63,018 nt of DNA from a virus. Made by a program: the position numbers and the translations under genes. Of the stretch, positions 8,813-17,760 are shown in pieces; positions within the stretch are counted from its first letter, which is position 1; each line of letters starts with the position of its first letter. Location of the stretch: the UHGV virus genome UHGV-0170870; one strand, written 5' to 3'. The notes beneath the pieces were generated by a model. That model saw nothing but the letters and a program-made list of their open reading frames with translations, was not told where the DNA came from and ran no database searches.

Positions 8813-8886
8813 CGTCTATCGGCCGTCAGAGAACGGGGCGCTCTGACGGCTGCCATTCCCTCACGCCACCAAAAGGACGGACTACT

Positions 8887-9222
8887 ATGCTCGAAGCCAA
8901 TACCATTCTCGGAAACAACGCCATCATTCTGACCGCGCTGAAGAAGACGCTGTTGGCGGCTGGCGAGCCCCTCTGTGCCGCGCTCGTCGCAGTCGGGGCG
9001 CGGAGCGATACCGAGGTCAAACAGCTCAGTGACGCCAATGTCGAGAGCGACATCGTGAAAGCGATGCTCTTCGACCAGGCATTCATCATCGCCGCCCTGG
9101 CTATGTTCGCCGACAACGAGACCGACAGCACGTTGCTCAGGCTCATCGGGCAGTCGACCAAGGGCATCGCGAACGAGATCGGCAAGTCTGCCAAGACCAC
9201 CGACACCGCCGAAGCCGCGTAA
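8887..9222 (+). CDS. hypothetical protein
   Basis: 111-aa ORF; the overlapping 250-aa minus-strand ORF looks like antisense. Confidence 0.4.
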   Translation: MLEANTILGNNAIILTALKKTLLAAGEPLCAALVAVGARSDTEVKQLSDANVESDIVKAMLFDQAFIIAALAMFADNETDSTLLRLIGQSTKGIANEIGKSAKTTDTAEAA

Positions 9223-9223
9223 C

Positions 9224-9367
9224 ATGGGGATCATCGACTTCCTCGACGCCCACTTCATCGGCCTCAGCGTGGTCTTCTTGACCGCGTGGACGATCACCTG
9301 GGTCGGCCGAACTGTGGTGGCGAGCACCACGACCACGACGATCTCTCGCGTAATCAGCACCAACTGA
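9224..9367 (+). CDS. small hydrophobic protein (47 aa)
   Basis: ATG 2 nt after upstream stop; predicted peptide MGIIDFLDAHFIGLSVVFLTAWTITWVGRTVV...; below ORF-track size cutoff. Confidence 0.25.
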   Translation: MGIIDFLDAHFIGLSVVFLTAWTITWVGRTVVASTTTTTISRVISTN

Positions 9368-9455
9368 TTCAACAACTACCGCACGGGTGATCCCATCTCC
9401 CGTCACCCGTGCGCCCGCGCTGTAACCTCCGTCACCTTACAAGGATCGCATCACC

Positions 9456-9932
9456 ATGAAGAAGCAGAACGCCAAGAAGCAGAAGGTCGACCACGTCGGC
9501 AAGATGCTCAAGGACAAGGCCGACCAGAAGGCGCAGATCGCAGCGCGCGTCGCGCCCGAAGCGCCGAAGAAGAACGAGGTCAAGAAGGTCTATGCGCTCG
9601 GGTCTCCCGGCCATAACCGCAAGGTGCTCGGTGTGACGCTGACCGAAGTCAAGCGCCGCATCAATGAAGAGACGGCCATCGTCAAGGTCGCACTCGACGC
9701 GAACGGTGACCCGACCGGCGAAAGCTCGACCTTCAACTATCGCGACACCGCCGCCTGCACCAAGCGCCGCCGCGAATACACGCGCCGCAACCTGATCGGC
9801 CGCAGCTCGAAGACGGCGAAGCAGCGTCGCAAGAACAACCACGTCTCGGCGGTCGGCACCAGGGGCACCAAGCCGTCGAAGAAGAACAGCGCGAAGGGTG
9901 CCCCCTCCACGTCGGCGAAGAAGGCGGCCTGA
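9456..9932 (+). CDS. hypothetical highly basic Lys-rich protein (possible nucleic-acid binding)
   Basis: 158-aa ORF, K/R-rich N- and C-termini. Confidence 0.45.
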   Translation: MKKQNAKKQKVDHVGKMLKDKADQKAQIAARVAPEAPKKNEVKKVYALGSPGHNRKVLGVTLTEVKRRINEETAIVKVALDANGDPTGESSTFNYRDTAACTKRRREYTRRNLIGRSSKTAKQRRKNNHVSAVGTRGTKPSKKNSAKGAPSTSAKKAA

Positions 9933-9935
9933 TCC

Positions 9936-10202
9936 ATGCGCCAGTACACACGCGAAGTGAGCACCGATCTCGGTGCCAAGATCACCATCCGCATCGAAGC
10001 GGACAACAACCAGGCCGTCGTCCTGAAGGACGATGATCTCGGGTACTCGACCACGCTCGACCCGAAAGCCGCCAACCAGCTCGGGCAACACCTGATCCAA
10101 GCTGCGCGGATCGCCGCCATCAACGTCCTCGATCCTCCGGCACAGCGCACCGTCCGCGACGGCGCTGGCATGTTGGACGTGCGCCTGGGGACCGATCAAT
10201 GA
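9936..10202 (+). CDS. hypothetical protein
   Basis: 88-aa ORF, operon context. Confidence 0.4.
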   Translation: MRQYTREVSTDLGAKITIRIEADNNQAVVLKDDDLGYSTTLDPKAANQLGQHLIQAARIAAINVLDPPAQRTVRDGAGMLDVRLGTDQ

Positions 10203-10618
10203 TGATGATCGACCGCAAGACCTTCGACGCACTCGCGGCGCTGACGGCCCACCCCAAGGCGTTCTTCAGCCTCCAACAGTTGCTCGACCACCTGGCCGCG
10301 CATCCCGACGAGAACCCGCTGGTCTACGCGAACGCGGTCAAGCTGCAACTCGACGTTCAGGCCGCGCTCGAAACGTACCTCGAAGGGCGCAAGCAGCTCG
10401 GCCTGCGCAACGTCATGGAAGGTCTCGTCGTCGGAGCCGGTGCGCTCGCTATGGCGGTCGGCCGGACCACCCAGGACGTGCCCATGCCGGACCAAGACGT
10501 TGCCGCGTCGCTGGCCCACCACTGCGTCACCTGCTTCGGGCAGAACCTTCACGTTTCGTGGAAGGCCCCGCAGTGGTCGACGAGACCCACCCACGAACCT
10601 CCGCACTCCACCAACTGA
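10199..10618 (+). CDS. hypothetical protein
   Basis: 139-aa ORF overlapping upstream stop. Confidence 0.4.
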   Translation: MMMIDRKTFDALAALTAHPKAFFSLQQLLDHLAAHPDENPLVYANAVKLQLDVQAALETYLEGRKQLGLRNVMEGLVVGAGALAMAVGRTTQDVPMPDQDVAASLAHHCVTCFGQNLHVSWKAPQWSTRPTHEPPHSTN

Positions 10619-10627
10619 AAGCATCCC

Positions 10628-11254
10628 ATGTCTCTCCACCCTTCCGATCAATACACCCAAGACCTGAAGACGCGCCGCATGTTCGCCTCGATCACCGAGA
10701 ACATGCAGAACATGGAGAAGCAGGTCGGCGATCTGCTCGCTCTCGCGTCCGGCATGCGCAACACTCTCGGCACCGCCGCGCTGTTGCTCGCGCAGATCGA
10801 AGCGAACTACGTGAACGGTTGCGCCGAACGTCGCAGGGTCGACGCGTTGGCGATGGAGTTGCAGACGCGGCTCGCCGATCTCACCGGCAAGACGGCCGCC
10901 GCGCTCGTTACGGGTTACGCCGAACACAAGTCGTTCAGCGATAGGCTCTCAGGCGTTCAGACACAGGCGGACAGGATCGCGAACGACCGCTTCGTCAAAG
11001 ACGACGAGAAGGGCGGCCCGTTGCCCGGCGTCGAATATGTGGGCCTCGAATGGTTCATGACCAAGCTGTCGATGTCGCGCAAGGTCGTCGAGAACCGGAT
11101 CACCAACGGCGCGCTGCCGGAGCACGATGCGGTCGACGACACCGGCCAGGGCAGGCCGAAGTTCCTGTGGGCGAAGCACAACGCGCTCGCAGCGGTGGCA
11201 AGATATAGAGAGAAGCCGACCAACGAGAGGGGACGGGCGGCGGCTCACGTCTAA
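10628..11254 (+). CDS. hypothetical protein with C-terminal HTH-like segment
   Basis: 208-aa ORF; C-terminal EYVGLEWFMTKLSMSRKVVENRITNGALPE resembles an AlpA/excisionase-type HTH. Confidence 0.45.
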   Translation: MSLHPSDQYTQDLKTRRMFASITENMQNMEKQVGDLLALASGMRNTLGTAALLLAQIEANYVNGCAERRRVDALAMELQTRLADLTGKTAAALVTGYAEHKSFSDRLSGVQTQADRIANDRFVKDDEKGGPLPGVEYVGLEWFMTKLSMSRKVVENRITNGALPEHDAVDDTGQGRPKFLWAKHNALAAVARYREKPTNERGRAAAHV

Positions 11255-11261
11255 GCGGGGC

Positions 11262-11312
11262 TATTTAATTGACAGGCTTGTAAGGCGCGTGAGATGACAT
11301 GCACCTTACGAC
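11262..11312 (+). promoter_or_regulatory. promoter-like element, class 1, with flanking inverted half-sites
   Basis: ATTTAATTGACA-N17-AGATGA; half-sites CTTGTAAGG and CCTTACGA flank the -10 region. Confidence 0.5.
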
Positions 11313-11442
11313 CCCCAATCTAACTGATCGGCCGTATCTAGGAACCAACCCAGATACGGCCGATCTGCCGAAAGGGACCGCTGCCAACGCCAATCAGCAA
11401 TGCGGTCGGCGACTCAATAACATCCGCGTCACGGGAAGGCTA

Positions 11443-13758
11443 ATGGTAAATCAGGACGATGCGCGCCGCGTACAGAACAAGCACAACGCGATGTTGCTCG
11501 CGCGCAACGGCATCCCCGTGTTCCCGTCCAGTGGAAAGGTGCCGCTGGTCAAGCTCTACAATCGCAGAGACACCGAGATAAAACCCGAGGATCGCGAAGC
11601 CGCTATCGAGCAGGCACGCGAGGAAGGGAACAAGCAGCTCACAGTCTTCGTCGGCGCGACGACCGATCCCGACATCGTCAAGCGCATGTGGCGTCACCCG
11701 AACCAAGATGCGGTTCCGTCCGTAGCGTGCGGGCCTGCGCGCCTGGTCGTGATCGACGCCGACACCAAGTTCAACGGTCCCGAGCTGATCGGCAAGCTCT
11801 TCGACGAGCACGGCGGCGTGCCCGAAGGCACGCAGATCATCACGACACAATCGGGTGGCCGCCACTACATCTTCAGCGATCCCGACAACGCCTTCACGAA
11901 TAGCGCTGGCGCGCTCAAGAAGCAGTACGGCTGCGACGTGCGAGGGCGCGGCGGTCAGTTCGTTGCGCCTGGCTCGCTCCGTGAGGACGGCAAGCGCTAC
12001 GGAGACCAGGCCGCGCTCAAGGCGTTCATCGAAGCCTACACCAACGGCACGATCCCGCCGCTCCCTGATTACATCGTCGAGCTGATCGGCACGTCCTCGG
12101 CGGAAGTGGGGGAAGATATCCCCATCTCCAAAGAGCGCGAGATCATCAAGCAGATCGACGAGGCGGACATTCCCGAATGGGAAGAGCTGTGCGCGCCGCT
12201 CGGCGAGTATGACTTCGACAAGCTGCAAGCCGAGAACAGCGAGTTCAAGTCGCTCTACAACGAGCCCGGCGACGACTGCTCCGACAACCGCTTCAAGGCT
12301 GCGCGCCACGTCATGCGCGAGTGGCCGCAGATGCCGCCCGAACACCTGGCGTCGTTCTTCCTGGCCTTCGAGGGTGCTGGCGAGTTCGTCGACAGCAAGC
12401 CGCGCTCCGGCGAATACGACAACCGGCAGACCGCTCGCGAGTGGCTGAAGAACCAGGGTCTCAGCAAGGCGTCGACCGGCGAGGCGTTCGGCGCTGTCGT
12501 CGACGATGACGAAGACTCCGAGTACGAGCGCGAGGTCGCCGCAGAGAAGGAAGCCGAGAAGGCCGCCAAGCCGAAGGGCACGCTGCGCCGCATGTCTGGT
12601 GTCGCGATCTACGCCGATCCGAACTGGATGGTCGAGAATATCTGCACGCGCGGTATGGTCGGCATGCTTCATGCTCCGTCGAATGCCGGTAAGACGTTCA
12701 GTGCATTCCACATGGGCGGCAAGCTCTCCGAAGGGTGGGAGTGGTTCGGCCGCAACGTCGAACAGTGCGGCGTTCTCTACTGCGTCGGCGAAGGCCACGG
12801 CGGCATCAATCGCCGCGCGCTCGCCTGGTCGAACCGCTACAAGCCCAAGCACGATGCGCTCATCTTCCGCGACGGCGTTCCGAACTTCGCGCTCGATCCG
12901 AAGGGCGCGCGTAGGGCGTTGCGCAAGGCCGTCAAGGAAGCGAACGCGATGCTTGAAGGCGAGGGGCTTTCAGTCGGTCTGTTGTTCCTCGACACGTTCG
13001 CGAAGGCCGTAGCGGGTGCCGAGGAAAGCTCGGCGCGCGAGATGCAGCCGATCCTCGATATGCTCCGCGAGCTGGCCGTCGAGTTAGACATCTGCATCAT
13101 CATCGTTCACCACTCCGGCAAGGACACGTCGCTCGGTGCGCGCGGCAGCTCGGCGATCTTCGCCGATGTCGACTTCAACCTTGAGATCGTCAACGCCGAC
13201 CAGGCCAAGAAGAAGCACGGGCTCTCGCTCAAGCATAAGAGCCACTCGGCGATCATCATGCCGAAGATGCGCGACTCGGGGAAGTCAGGCCGCTTCGAGT
13301 TCAAGCTTGAAGAGGTCGAGCTAGGCAAGAACAAGTGGGGCAACCCCGTTACATCAATGGTCGTGGTCGAGGTCGAGGACAAGCCGTCCGAGGGCTCCGC
13401 GTTCGGCGTCGTCGACGAAGAGGCCCCCACAACCAAGGACGAGTTGACGCCCGAAGTGAATCGCTCCGACGACAACAGCCGCTTGAAGCTCTGCGCGAAG
13501 ATCATCAAGGCCGTGCAGAAGATCGGCAAGCTCGTCGGCAAAGAGGTCCACGCCGACGCCGAGATGGTGCGCCTCGAAGTGAAGGCGATGCAGGACATCT
13601 ACGACGAGGCCGGGCCGGACAACTACGCCAGGGCGTTCAAGCGCCGTGTGTTCGGCGGCGACGAGGTCAAGCGCTTCGTGCCCGAGGCGAACGGATCGCT
13701 GCATTACGTGACGCAACGAGGCAAGCCGAGCATGCTTGTGTTCAAACCCCGATCATAG
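11443..13758 (+). CDS. bifunctional primase-polymerase / P-loop replicative helicase (primase-helicase)
   Basis: N-terminal prim-pol features (GIPVFPSSGKVP, VVIDADTK); Walker A HAPSNAGKTFSA and VHHSGK in C-terminal half; start set at ATG 11443 with GGAAGG RBS because the ORF-track start 11299 lies inside the upstream promoter-like element. Confidence 0.8.
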   Translation: MVNQDDARRVQNKHNAMLLARNGIPVFPSSGKVPLVKLYNRRDTEIKPEDREAAIEQAREEGNKQLTVFVGATTDPDIVKRMWRHPNQDAVPSVACGPARLVVIDADTKFNGPELIGKLFDEHGGVPEGTQIITTQSGGRHYIFSDPDNAFTNSAGALKKQYGCDVRGRGGQFVAPGSLREDGKRYGDQAALKAFIEAYTNGTIPPLPDYIVELIGTSSAEVGEDIPISKEREIIKQIDEADIPEWEELCAPLGEYDFDKLQAENSEFKSLYNEPGDDCSDNRFKAARHVMREWPQMPPEHLASFFLAFEGAGEFVDSKPRSGEYDNRQTAREWLKNQGLSKASTGEAFGAVVDDDEDSEYEREVAAEKEAEKAAKPKGTLRRMSGVAIYADPNWMVENICTRGMVGMLHAPSNAGKTFSAFHMGGKLSEGWEWFGRNVEQCGVLYCVGEGHGGINRRALAWSNRYKPKHDALIFRDGVPNFALDPKGARRALRKAVKEANAMLEGEGLSVGLLFLDTFAKAVAGAEESSAREMQPILDMLRELAVELDICIIIVHHSGKDTSLGARGSSAIFADVDFNLEIVNADQAKKKHGLSLKHKSHSAIIMPKMRDSGKSGRFEFKLEEVELGKNKWGNPVTSMVVVEVEDKPSEGSAFGVVDEEAPTTKDELTPEVNRSDDNSRLKLCAKIIKAVQKIGKLVGKEVHADAEMVRLEVKAMQDIYDEAGPDNYARAFKRRVFGGDEVKRFVPEANGSLHYVTQRGKPSMLVFKPRS

Positions 13759-13767
13759 GAGACCACC

Positions 13768-14037
13768 GTGAACGAATATCAACGTCGACTGAAGCAGGAT
13801 ATCGTCAGCCTGCCGCGCAACTCGCTCAACGCCGCGCTCAACGATCCGGTCCTCCGGGTGTTCTGGATATTCTACGCGGTGATCGCGGTCATCGTTCTGA
13901 CTGCGGAGCCCTTGATAGCGTTCTGCACCAAGGACGACAAACGGCCGCCGCCTGAAGTGGTTTGTCCGCCGTATTGGAAGTGCAACGGGCCGCCTGGCAC
14001 TCGCGCGGCGAACTGTGAGTGTTGGGACAAATACTAA
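13768..14037 (+). CDS. hypothetical protein with hydrophobic segment and Cys-rich tail
   Basis: 89-aa ORF followed by intrinsic terminator. Confidence 0.4.
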   Translation: MNEYQRRLKQDIVSLPRNSLNAALNDPVLRVFWIFYAVIAVIVLTAEPLIAFCTKDDKRPPPEVVCPPYWKCNGPPGTRAANCECWDKY

Positions 14038-14043
14038 AACGAT

Positions 14044-14075
14044 AGCCGCCCTTCGGGGCGGCTTTTTCGTATGCG
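14044..14075 (+). terminator. intrinsic terminator
   Basis: AGCCGCCC-TTCG-GGGCGGCT hairpin followed by TTTTTCG. Confidence 0.6.
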
Positions 14076-14127
14076 TCTCGCGATGGTGATATTGAACCCG
14101 TGAGTTGCCCGACGTGTCAAGAGGCGT

Positions 14128-14170
14128 AACCCCTTGACGGGTGTGAGGCGGTAAGGTATGTCATCTGACA
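14128..14170 (+). promoter_or_regulatory. promoter-like element, class 2 (TTGACGG-TGTGAGG...TATGTC)
   Basis: TTGACG-N17-TATGTC; spacer begins GGTGTGAGG as in the 15848 copy. Confidence 0.45.
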
Positions 14171-14196
14171 TTGCCAACCCGAAAGGACAAACGCCA

Positions 14197-14457
14197 ATGA
14201 CGACATGCCGCTTCTGCGAAAAGTGGAAAGGCCCGATGGTTAAATACGGGACGCGCCACTACGCTCACCCCCGCTGCTATTTGGAGAACGGAAAGCGCCT
14301 CGCCGATCTTCACGCGTGGCAGATCGAAGAGTTTCCCGTAAAGGTGCTCTCCGACTTCGGTCATCTCGACATCAAAACCCTGAAGTTCACCGATCCGGAC
14401 ATTCAGGCCAAGATGGACGGCGTCGAAAGCCGCCCCTCCATGATAATCTTCGATTAA
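14197..14457 (+). CDS. hypothetical zinc-ribbon-like protein
   Basis: CRFC...HPRC motifs; start at internal ATG 14197 preceded by GAAAGGACAAACGCCA; ORF track extends to 14158. Confidence 0.4.
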   Translation: MTTCRFCEKWKGPMVKYGTRHYAHPRCYLENGKRLADLHAWQIEEFPVKVLSDFGHLDIKTLKFTDPDIQAKMDGVESRPSMIIFD

Positions 14458-14468
14458 GGGAGACACCA

Positions 14469-14981
14469 ATGAACGCCACCGTCACCGCGCTCCCGAAGCC
14501 CGCCAGACGGCCGAAGGCCGACAAGCCTGCGCCTTCCACCCCTCCCGTCCGCAGCGCCGCCTGGAAGCGCAAGCTCACCCGCCAGCGCTACACGTCCTAT
14601 GGCACCGCAGGCGTCGCCCTGGTGCTGATGGGACTCTCGCTCTCCCATCTTGCGGCCGGGATCGGCGCGCTCACCCACAGCGATCCTGCGCACGCCTGGG
14701 CTATGGCCGTCGGCATCGACCTCGGCTTCATCGCGCTCGAACTCGGCCAGCTCTGCACGACGACCGAATCGCTCCGCAAGGCGATCATGACGTGGGCAGG
14801 CCCCACTATCATCGGCACCCTCATCGTGTCCGCCTGCATGAACGCCTACGCGTTCGCCAGCGTCGCGACCGGCTGGCCGGTGATCGCCTCGGCCTGCATC
14901 TTGGGGCTCTCGATCCCCATGCTCATCTACGTGCTCACGCGGGTCTCCGTGGCCCTGTGGGTCGACGCCACGCGCTCTTGA
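14469..14981 (+). CDS. hypothetical integral membrane protein
   Basis: Start at ATG 14469 with AAGGGAG RBS; several hydrophobic helices; ORF track extends to 14316. Confidence 0.45.
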   Translation: MNATVTALPKPARRPKADKPAPSTPPVRSAAWKRKLTRQRYTSYGTAGVALVLMGLSLSHLAAGIGALTHSDPAHAWAMAVGIDLGFIALELGQLCTTTESLRKAIMTWAGPTIIGTLIVSACMNAYAFASVATGWPVIASACILGLSIPMLIYVLTRVSVALWVDATRS

Positions 14982-14992
14982 GGGAGGACAAC

Positions 14993-15199
14993 ATGGAGAC
15001 CACTGTCTACCTGCGCCGGGAGCCTGGCAGCGAAGGCAACAACGTCGTCGCGTACCGCGATGAGGCCTGCACAGACCGGATCGGTCATTGGATGTGGTGG
15101 CAGGTCCACAAGCCCACCGCCCGAACCACCCACGTCACGCTGAGCGGCAAGCGCCACAAGGTGGCTTGGGCCGAGCGCCTGACCGCCGACAAGGCCTGA
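14993..15199 (+). CDS. hypothetical protein
   Basis: ATG 14993 preceded by AGGGAGGA; 68 aa. Confidence 0.4.
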   Translation: METTVYLRREPGSEGNNVVAYRDEACTDRIGHWMWWQVHKPTARTTHVTLSGKRHKVAWAERLTADKA

Positions 15200-15289
15200 C
15201 CGATGGCGCTCCTGGCTCTCTTCGCCCTCGGCCTCGCCATCCCTGGCGCGCTCGCGATCTGGTGCTTCATCCAGCTCGCCAAGGCCTGA

Positions 15290-15640
15290 ACGACCTTCCG
15301 ATGACCTTCCATTAGACCCTCCAATCCGGAAGGTTTAGTGGAAGGTCGGAAGGTCGTCATTTCGTTTAACGTATTGATAAACAACAAAAAAAGCACTTTG
15401 ACCTTCCGGCCTTCCGGTGGAAGGTTTGGAAGGTTACCGATATCGGAAGGTCAAAATCGGCGCGAGCGGAAGGTTTACAATCGCGGCAACGTATTGATCT
15501 GAAAGCATAATCGGTCGATGACCTTCCGACTTTAAACCTTCCGTACCTTCCGATCTGAAACCTTCAAACCTTCCGACCTTCCGGCCCTTCCCCCTTTAGG
15601 GGGAGGGCGGAGGGTAGGTTTGATGGAGGGTCTGACCGTC
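15290..15640. repeat. Dense array of GGAAGG / CCTTCC hexamer repeats in alternating-orientation blocks; candidate replication origin (iterons) or partition centromere
   Basis: More than 20 copies of GGAAGG(T) or its complement (plus GGAGGG variants) in about 350 bp, separated by AT-rich spacers carrying two copies of AACGTATTGAT. Confidence 0.6.
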
Positions 15641-15840
15641 TGAGCGGCGGAGGGTCTCCCCGATCTGATCGTGCTCTCCGTTGCTGTGGGGCCGTGGAGC
15701 CCTGATGCCGAGGCCAGGCGTTGAGCCGGGGCGGCTGGTGGTCCTGGGAGGCCGGTCAGGCGGTCAGGCTCTCAGCGGGTGGCTGTGAGGCGGTCAGGCG
15801 TTCGGCCTCTCAGTCGGTCAGTCGTTCAGCCAGGGAGGGA

Positions 15841-15885
15841 GATTTAATTGACGGTGTGAGGAATGGGAGGTTACAGACCTACCGT
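15841..15885 (+). promoter_or_regulatory. promoter-like element, class 2, with ATTTAATTGAC upstream motif
   Basis: GATTTAATTGACGGTGTGAGGAATGGGAGGTTACAG. Confidence 0.4.
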
Positions 15886-15909
15886 ACCCCCAACATCGAG
15901 GCAATCCGT

Positions 15910-16245
15910 TTGTCCATCCAATTCACCACACCGAAAGGGAACCCGGTCGTGATCCGGCGACCCGAGCTGATCGTGTCTATGGTCGGCTACGAGCGGTCAG
16001 ATCGCGAGACCGGCGAGATGCGGCAGAACACCGCCATCACCTTCGAGAACCGTGAGGTCGTCTTCGTGAGCGGCAGCGCGGACGTGATCGAAGCGGCGCT
16101 CGAAGAGCACGCACGCGTTGCGCGCCTCAACTCGGAATACTGCGACCGCTGCCCCGCCCTGGCGAACGCGTCCGAAGAGCTGAAGCAGTACGAGGCGGTC
16201 GTGGACGCCGCCGAGCCCCCGGCAGACACGGACAATCGCCTCTGA
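15910..16245 (+). CDS. hypothetical protein (start uncertain, TTG proposed)
   Basis: ORF-track start 15721 lies upstream of the predicted promoter; first plausible start is TTG 15910 after GAGG. Confidence 0.3.
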   Translation: MSIQFTTPKGNPVVIRRPELIVSMVGYERSDRETGEMRQNTAITFENREVVFVSGSADVIEAALEEHARVARLNSEYCDRCPALANASEELKQYEAVVDAAEPPADTDNRL

Positions 16246-16889
16246 TGACCGATCCGATGCGCGCCGTGCTCGACGGCACCGATCCCGACTCCGTGCTGGT
16301 CCGCGTCCGCACCGCCGAGGGCGTCGCCCTGGCGACCCGCAAGGACTACGGCCGTCCCATCGACTATCTGCGCTATCGCGTGAAGGACAAGATCAGCGAC
16401 GCGCAGTTCATGGCGGCCGAATACTACGCTGGCGACTACTTCGCGATCTCGCCGGTCGGCTCGAACACGATGGCGACGATCAATCACCTGATGATGGCCG
16501 TGCCTCTCTCGCCGGAGGATCGCCGCATGCTCGACCAAGAGGGCATCAACGGCGGACGCATGCACTCGAAGGGCGATTGCGGCGGAGCGCCGAAGGACCC
16601 GAGCGACCGCATGCTGAACGCGGCGTTCGCGCTGAAGCGTGTCGACGATCAACTCGACCGCGTCCAACGCGAGCTGCTCCGCGATCTGCTCATCCGCGAA
16701 CACACGGTCGGCACCATTGCGCAGCGATGGCGATGGTCGCCCGAGCAGGCTGGCATCATGGTCCGCTACGCGCTGCATCGCCTGGTCGACGTGTACGAGA
16801 ACATCAACCCCGACTTCGCGCTGTATCTGCGGCAAGAGCGCGAACGCAAGAACGAAGGCCGCGCCAACCGCAAGGGACGCCGACGCTGA
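16245..16889 (+). CDS. hypothetical protein with C-terminal HTH-like region
   Basis: 214-aa ORF; TVGTIAQRWRWSPEQAGIMVRYALHRL resembles a sigma-region-4-like HTH. Confidence 0.45.
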   Translation: MTDPMRAVLDGTDPDSVLVRVRTAEGVALATRKDYGRPIDYLRYRVKDKISDAQFMAAEYYAGDYFAISPVGSNTMATINHLMMAVPLSPEDRRMLDQEGINGGRMHSKGDCGGAPKDPSDRMLNAAFALKRVDDQLDRVQRELLRDLLIREHTVGTIAQRWRWSPEQAGIMVRYALHRLVDVYENINPDFALYLRQERERKNEGRANRKGRRR

Positions 16890-17020
16890 TGCGCTGGTCT
16901 GGATACGCCCGCGATCTCGACGACATGGTCGCCACGCAGCGCTTTGTCAAAACGGTCGCGTTCGCCGCAGGACTGATCGTTCTTCAAGTCCTGCTCTTCG
17001 CCCTCTGCTTCATCCACTAA
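16889..17020 (+). CDS. small hydrophobic protein (43 aa)
   Basis: ATG overlaps upstream stop (TGATG); C-terminal hydrophobic stretch. Confidence 0.3.
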   Translation: MRWSGYARDLDDMVATQRFVKTVAFAAGLIVLQVLLFALCFIH

Positions 17021-17181
17021 CCCGGAGACCACCATTGAAGACACTCGACGAGCTGTTCTGCACGATCATGTCGATCCCCTTTGTCGACACGAACATCAAG
17101 ACTCGAGCAGGCTATCTGCGGACCCAGGTCTGCAAGCAGGGTCGCGGATACGACCTCTACCGCATGTTCGGATTCTGATCC

Positions 17182-17730
17182 ATGCTTTTCCCGTACCGCA
17201 TGATGGTGGTCGGTCATGGCCGACACGGCAAAGACACTGCCGCTGAAATTCTGCGCGATCACTATGGCGCGACGTTCGTCTCGTCGAGCTGGTTCATGGC
17301 AGAGCGTGTCGTGTTTCCGTACTTCTGCGAGAAGTACCCCGGCAAGTATGCCTCGGCGCAAGAGTGCTACGATGACCGCGCGAACGAGCGCTCGACGTGG
17401 TTCAATCTGATCGCCGAGAGCAATGCGGCCGATCTCACGAAGTTGGGTCGCGCGATCTTCGCGAAGTACGATCTCTACGTCGGCAACAGGAACGCCCGCG
17501 AGTTTCACGCCCTGCGGAACGCCAGCGTGTTCGACATCTCGATTTGGATCGACGCGTGCGAGCGCCTCGAATACCGCGAGCCCCGCACGTCCCTCACAAT
17601 CGAGCCCTGGATGTGCGATTACGTGGTCGACAACAACGGCACCCAGGCCGATCTCAAGCGGAACCTGGCCTCGCTGATGCACGGATTGCGGACCAAGTCC
17701 TTGATCCAAAAGGGATTGTCAGCAGCGTGA
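17182..17730 (+). CDS. P-loop kinase-like protein (possible deoxynucleoside monophosphate kinase)
   Basis: N-terminal VVGHGRHGKDTAAE resembles phage dNMP kinase N-termini. Confidence 0.4.
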   Translation: MLFPYRMMVVGHGRHGKDTAAEILRDHYGATFVSSSWFMAERVVFPYFCEKYPGKYASAQECYDDRANERSTWFNLIAESNAADLTKLGRAIFAKYDLYVGNRNAREFHALRNASVFDISIWIDACERLEYREPRTSLTIEPWMCDYVVDNNGTQADLKRNLASLMHGLRTKSLIQKGLSAA

Positions 17731-17760
17731 CCTGACAAGCCGGCCGAGGGAAGTTTGTGA

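Noticed and set aside
8623-9375. 250-aa minus-strand ORF opposite the 8887-9222 gene
   Set aside because: Runs against the direction of the surrounding operon and spans an intergenic gap; sequence looks like antisense translation
9432-10232. 266-aa minus-strand ORF across three plus-strand genes
   Set aside because: Antisense to an operon of coupled genes; Arg/Leu/Gly/Asp-rich low-information sequence
11440-12852. 470-aa minus-strand ORF inside the primase-helicase gene
   Set aside because: Primase-helicase frame carries clear motifs; the antisense ORF has none
15290-15640. Possible CRISPR array
   Set aside because: Repeats are 6-7 bp, irregularly spaced and in both orientations, with no uniform repeat-spacer periodicity and no cas genes nearby
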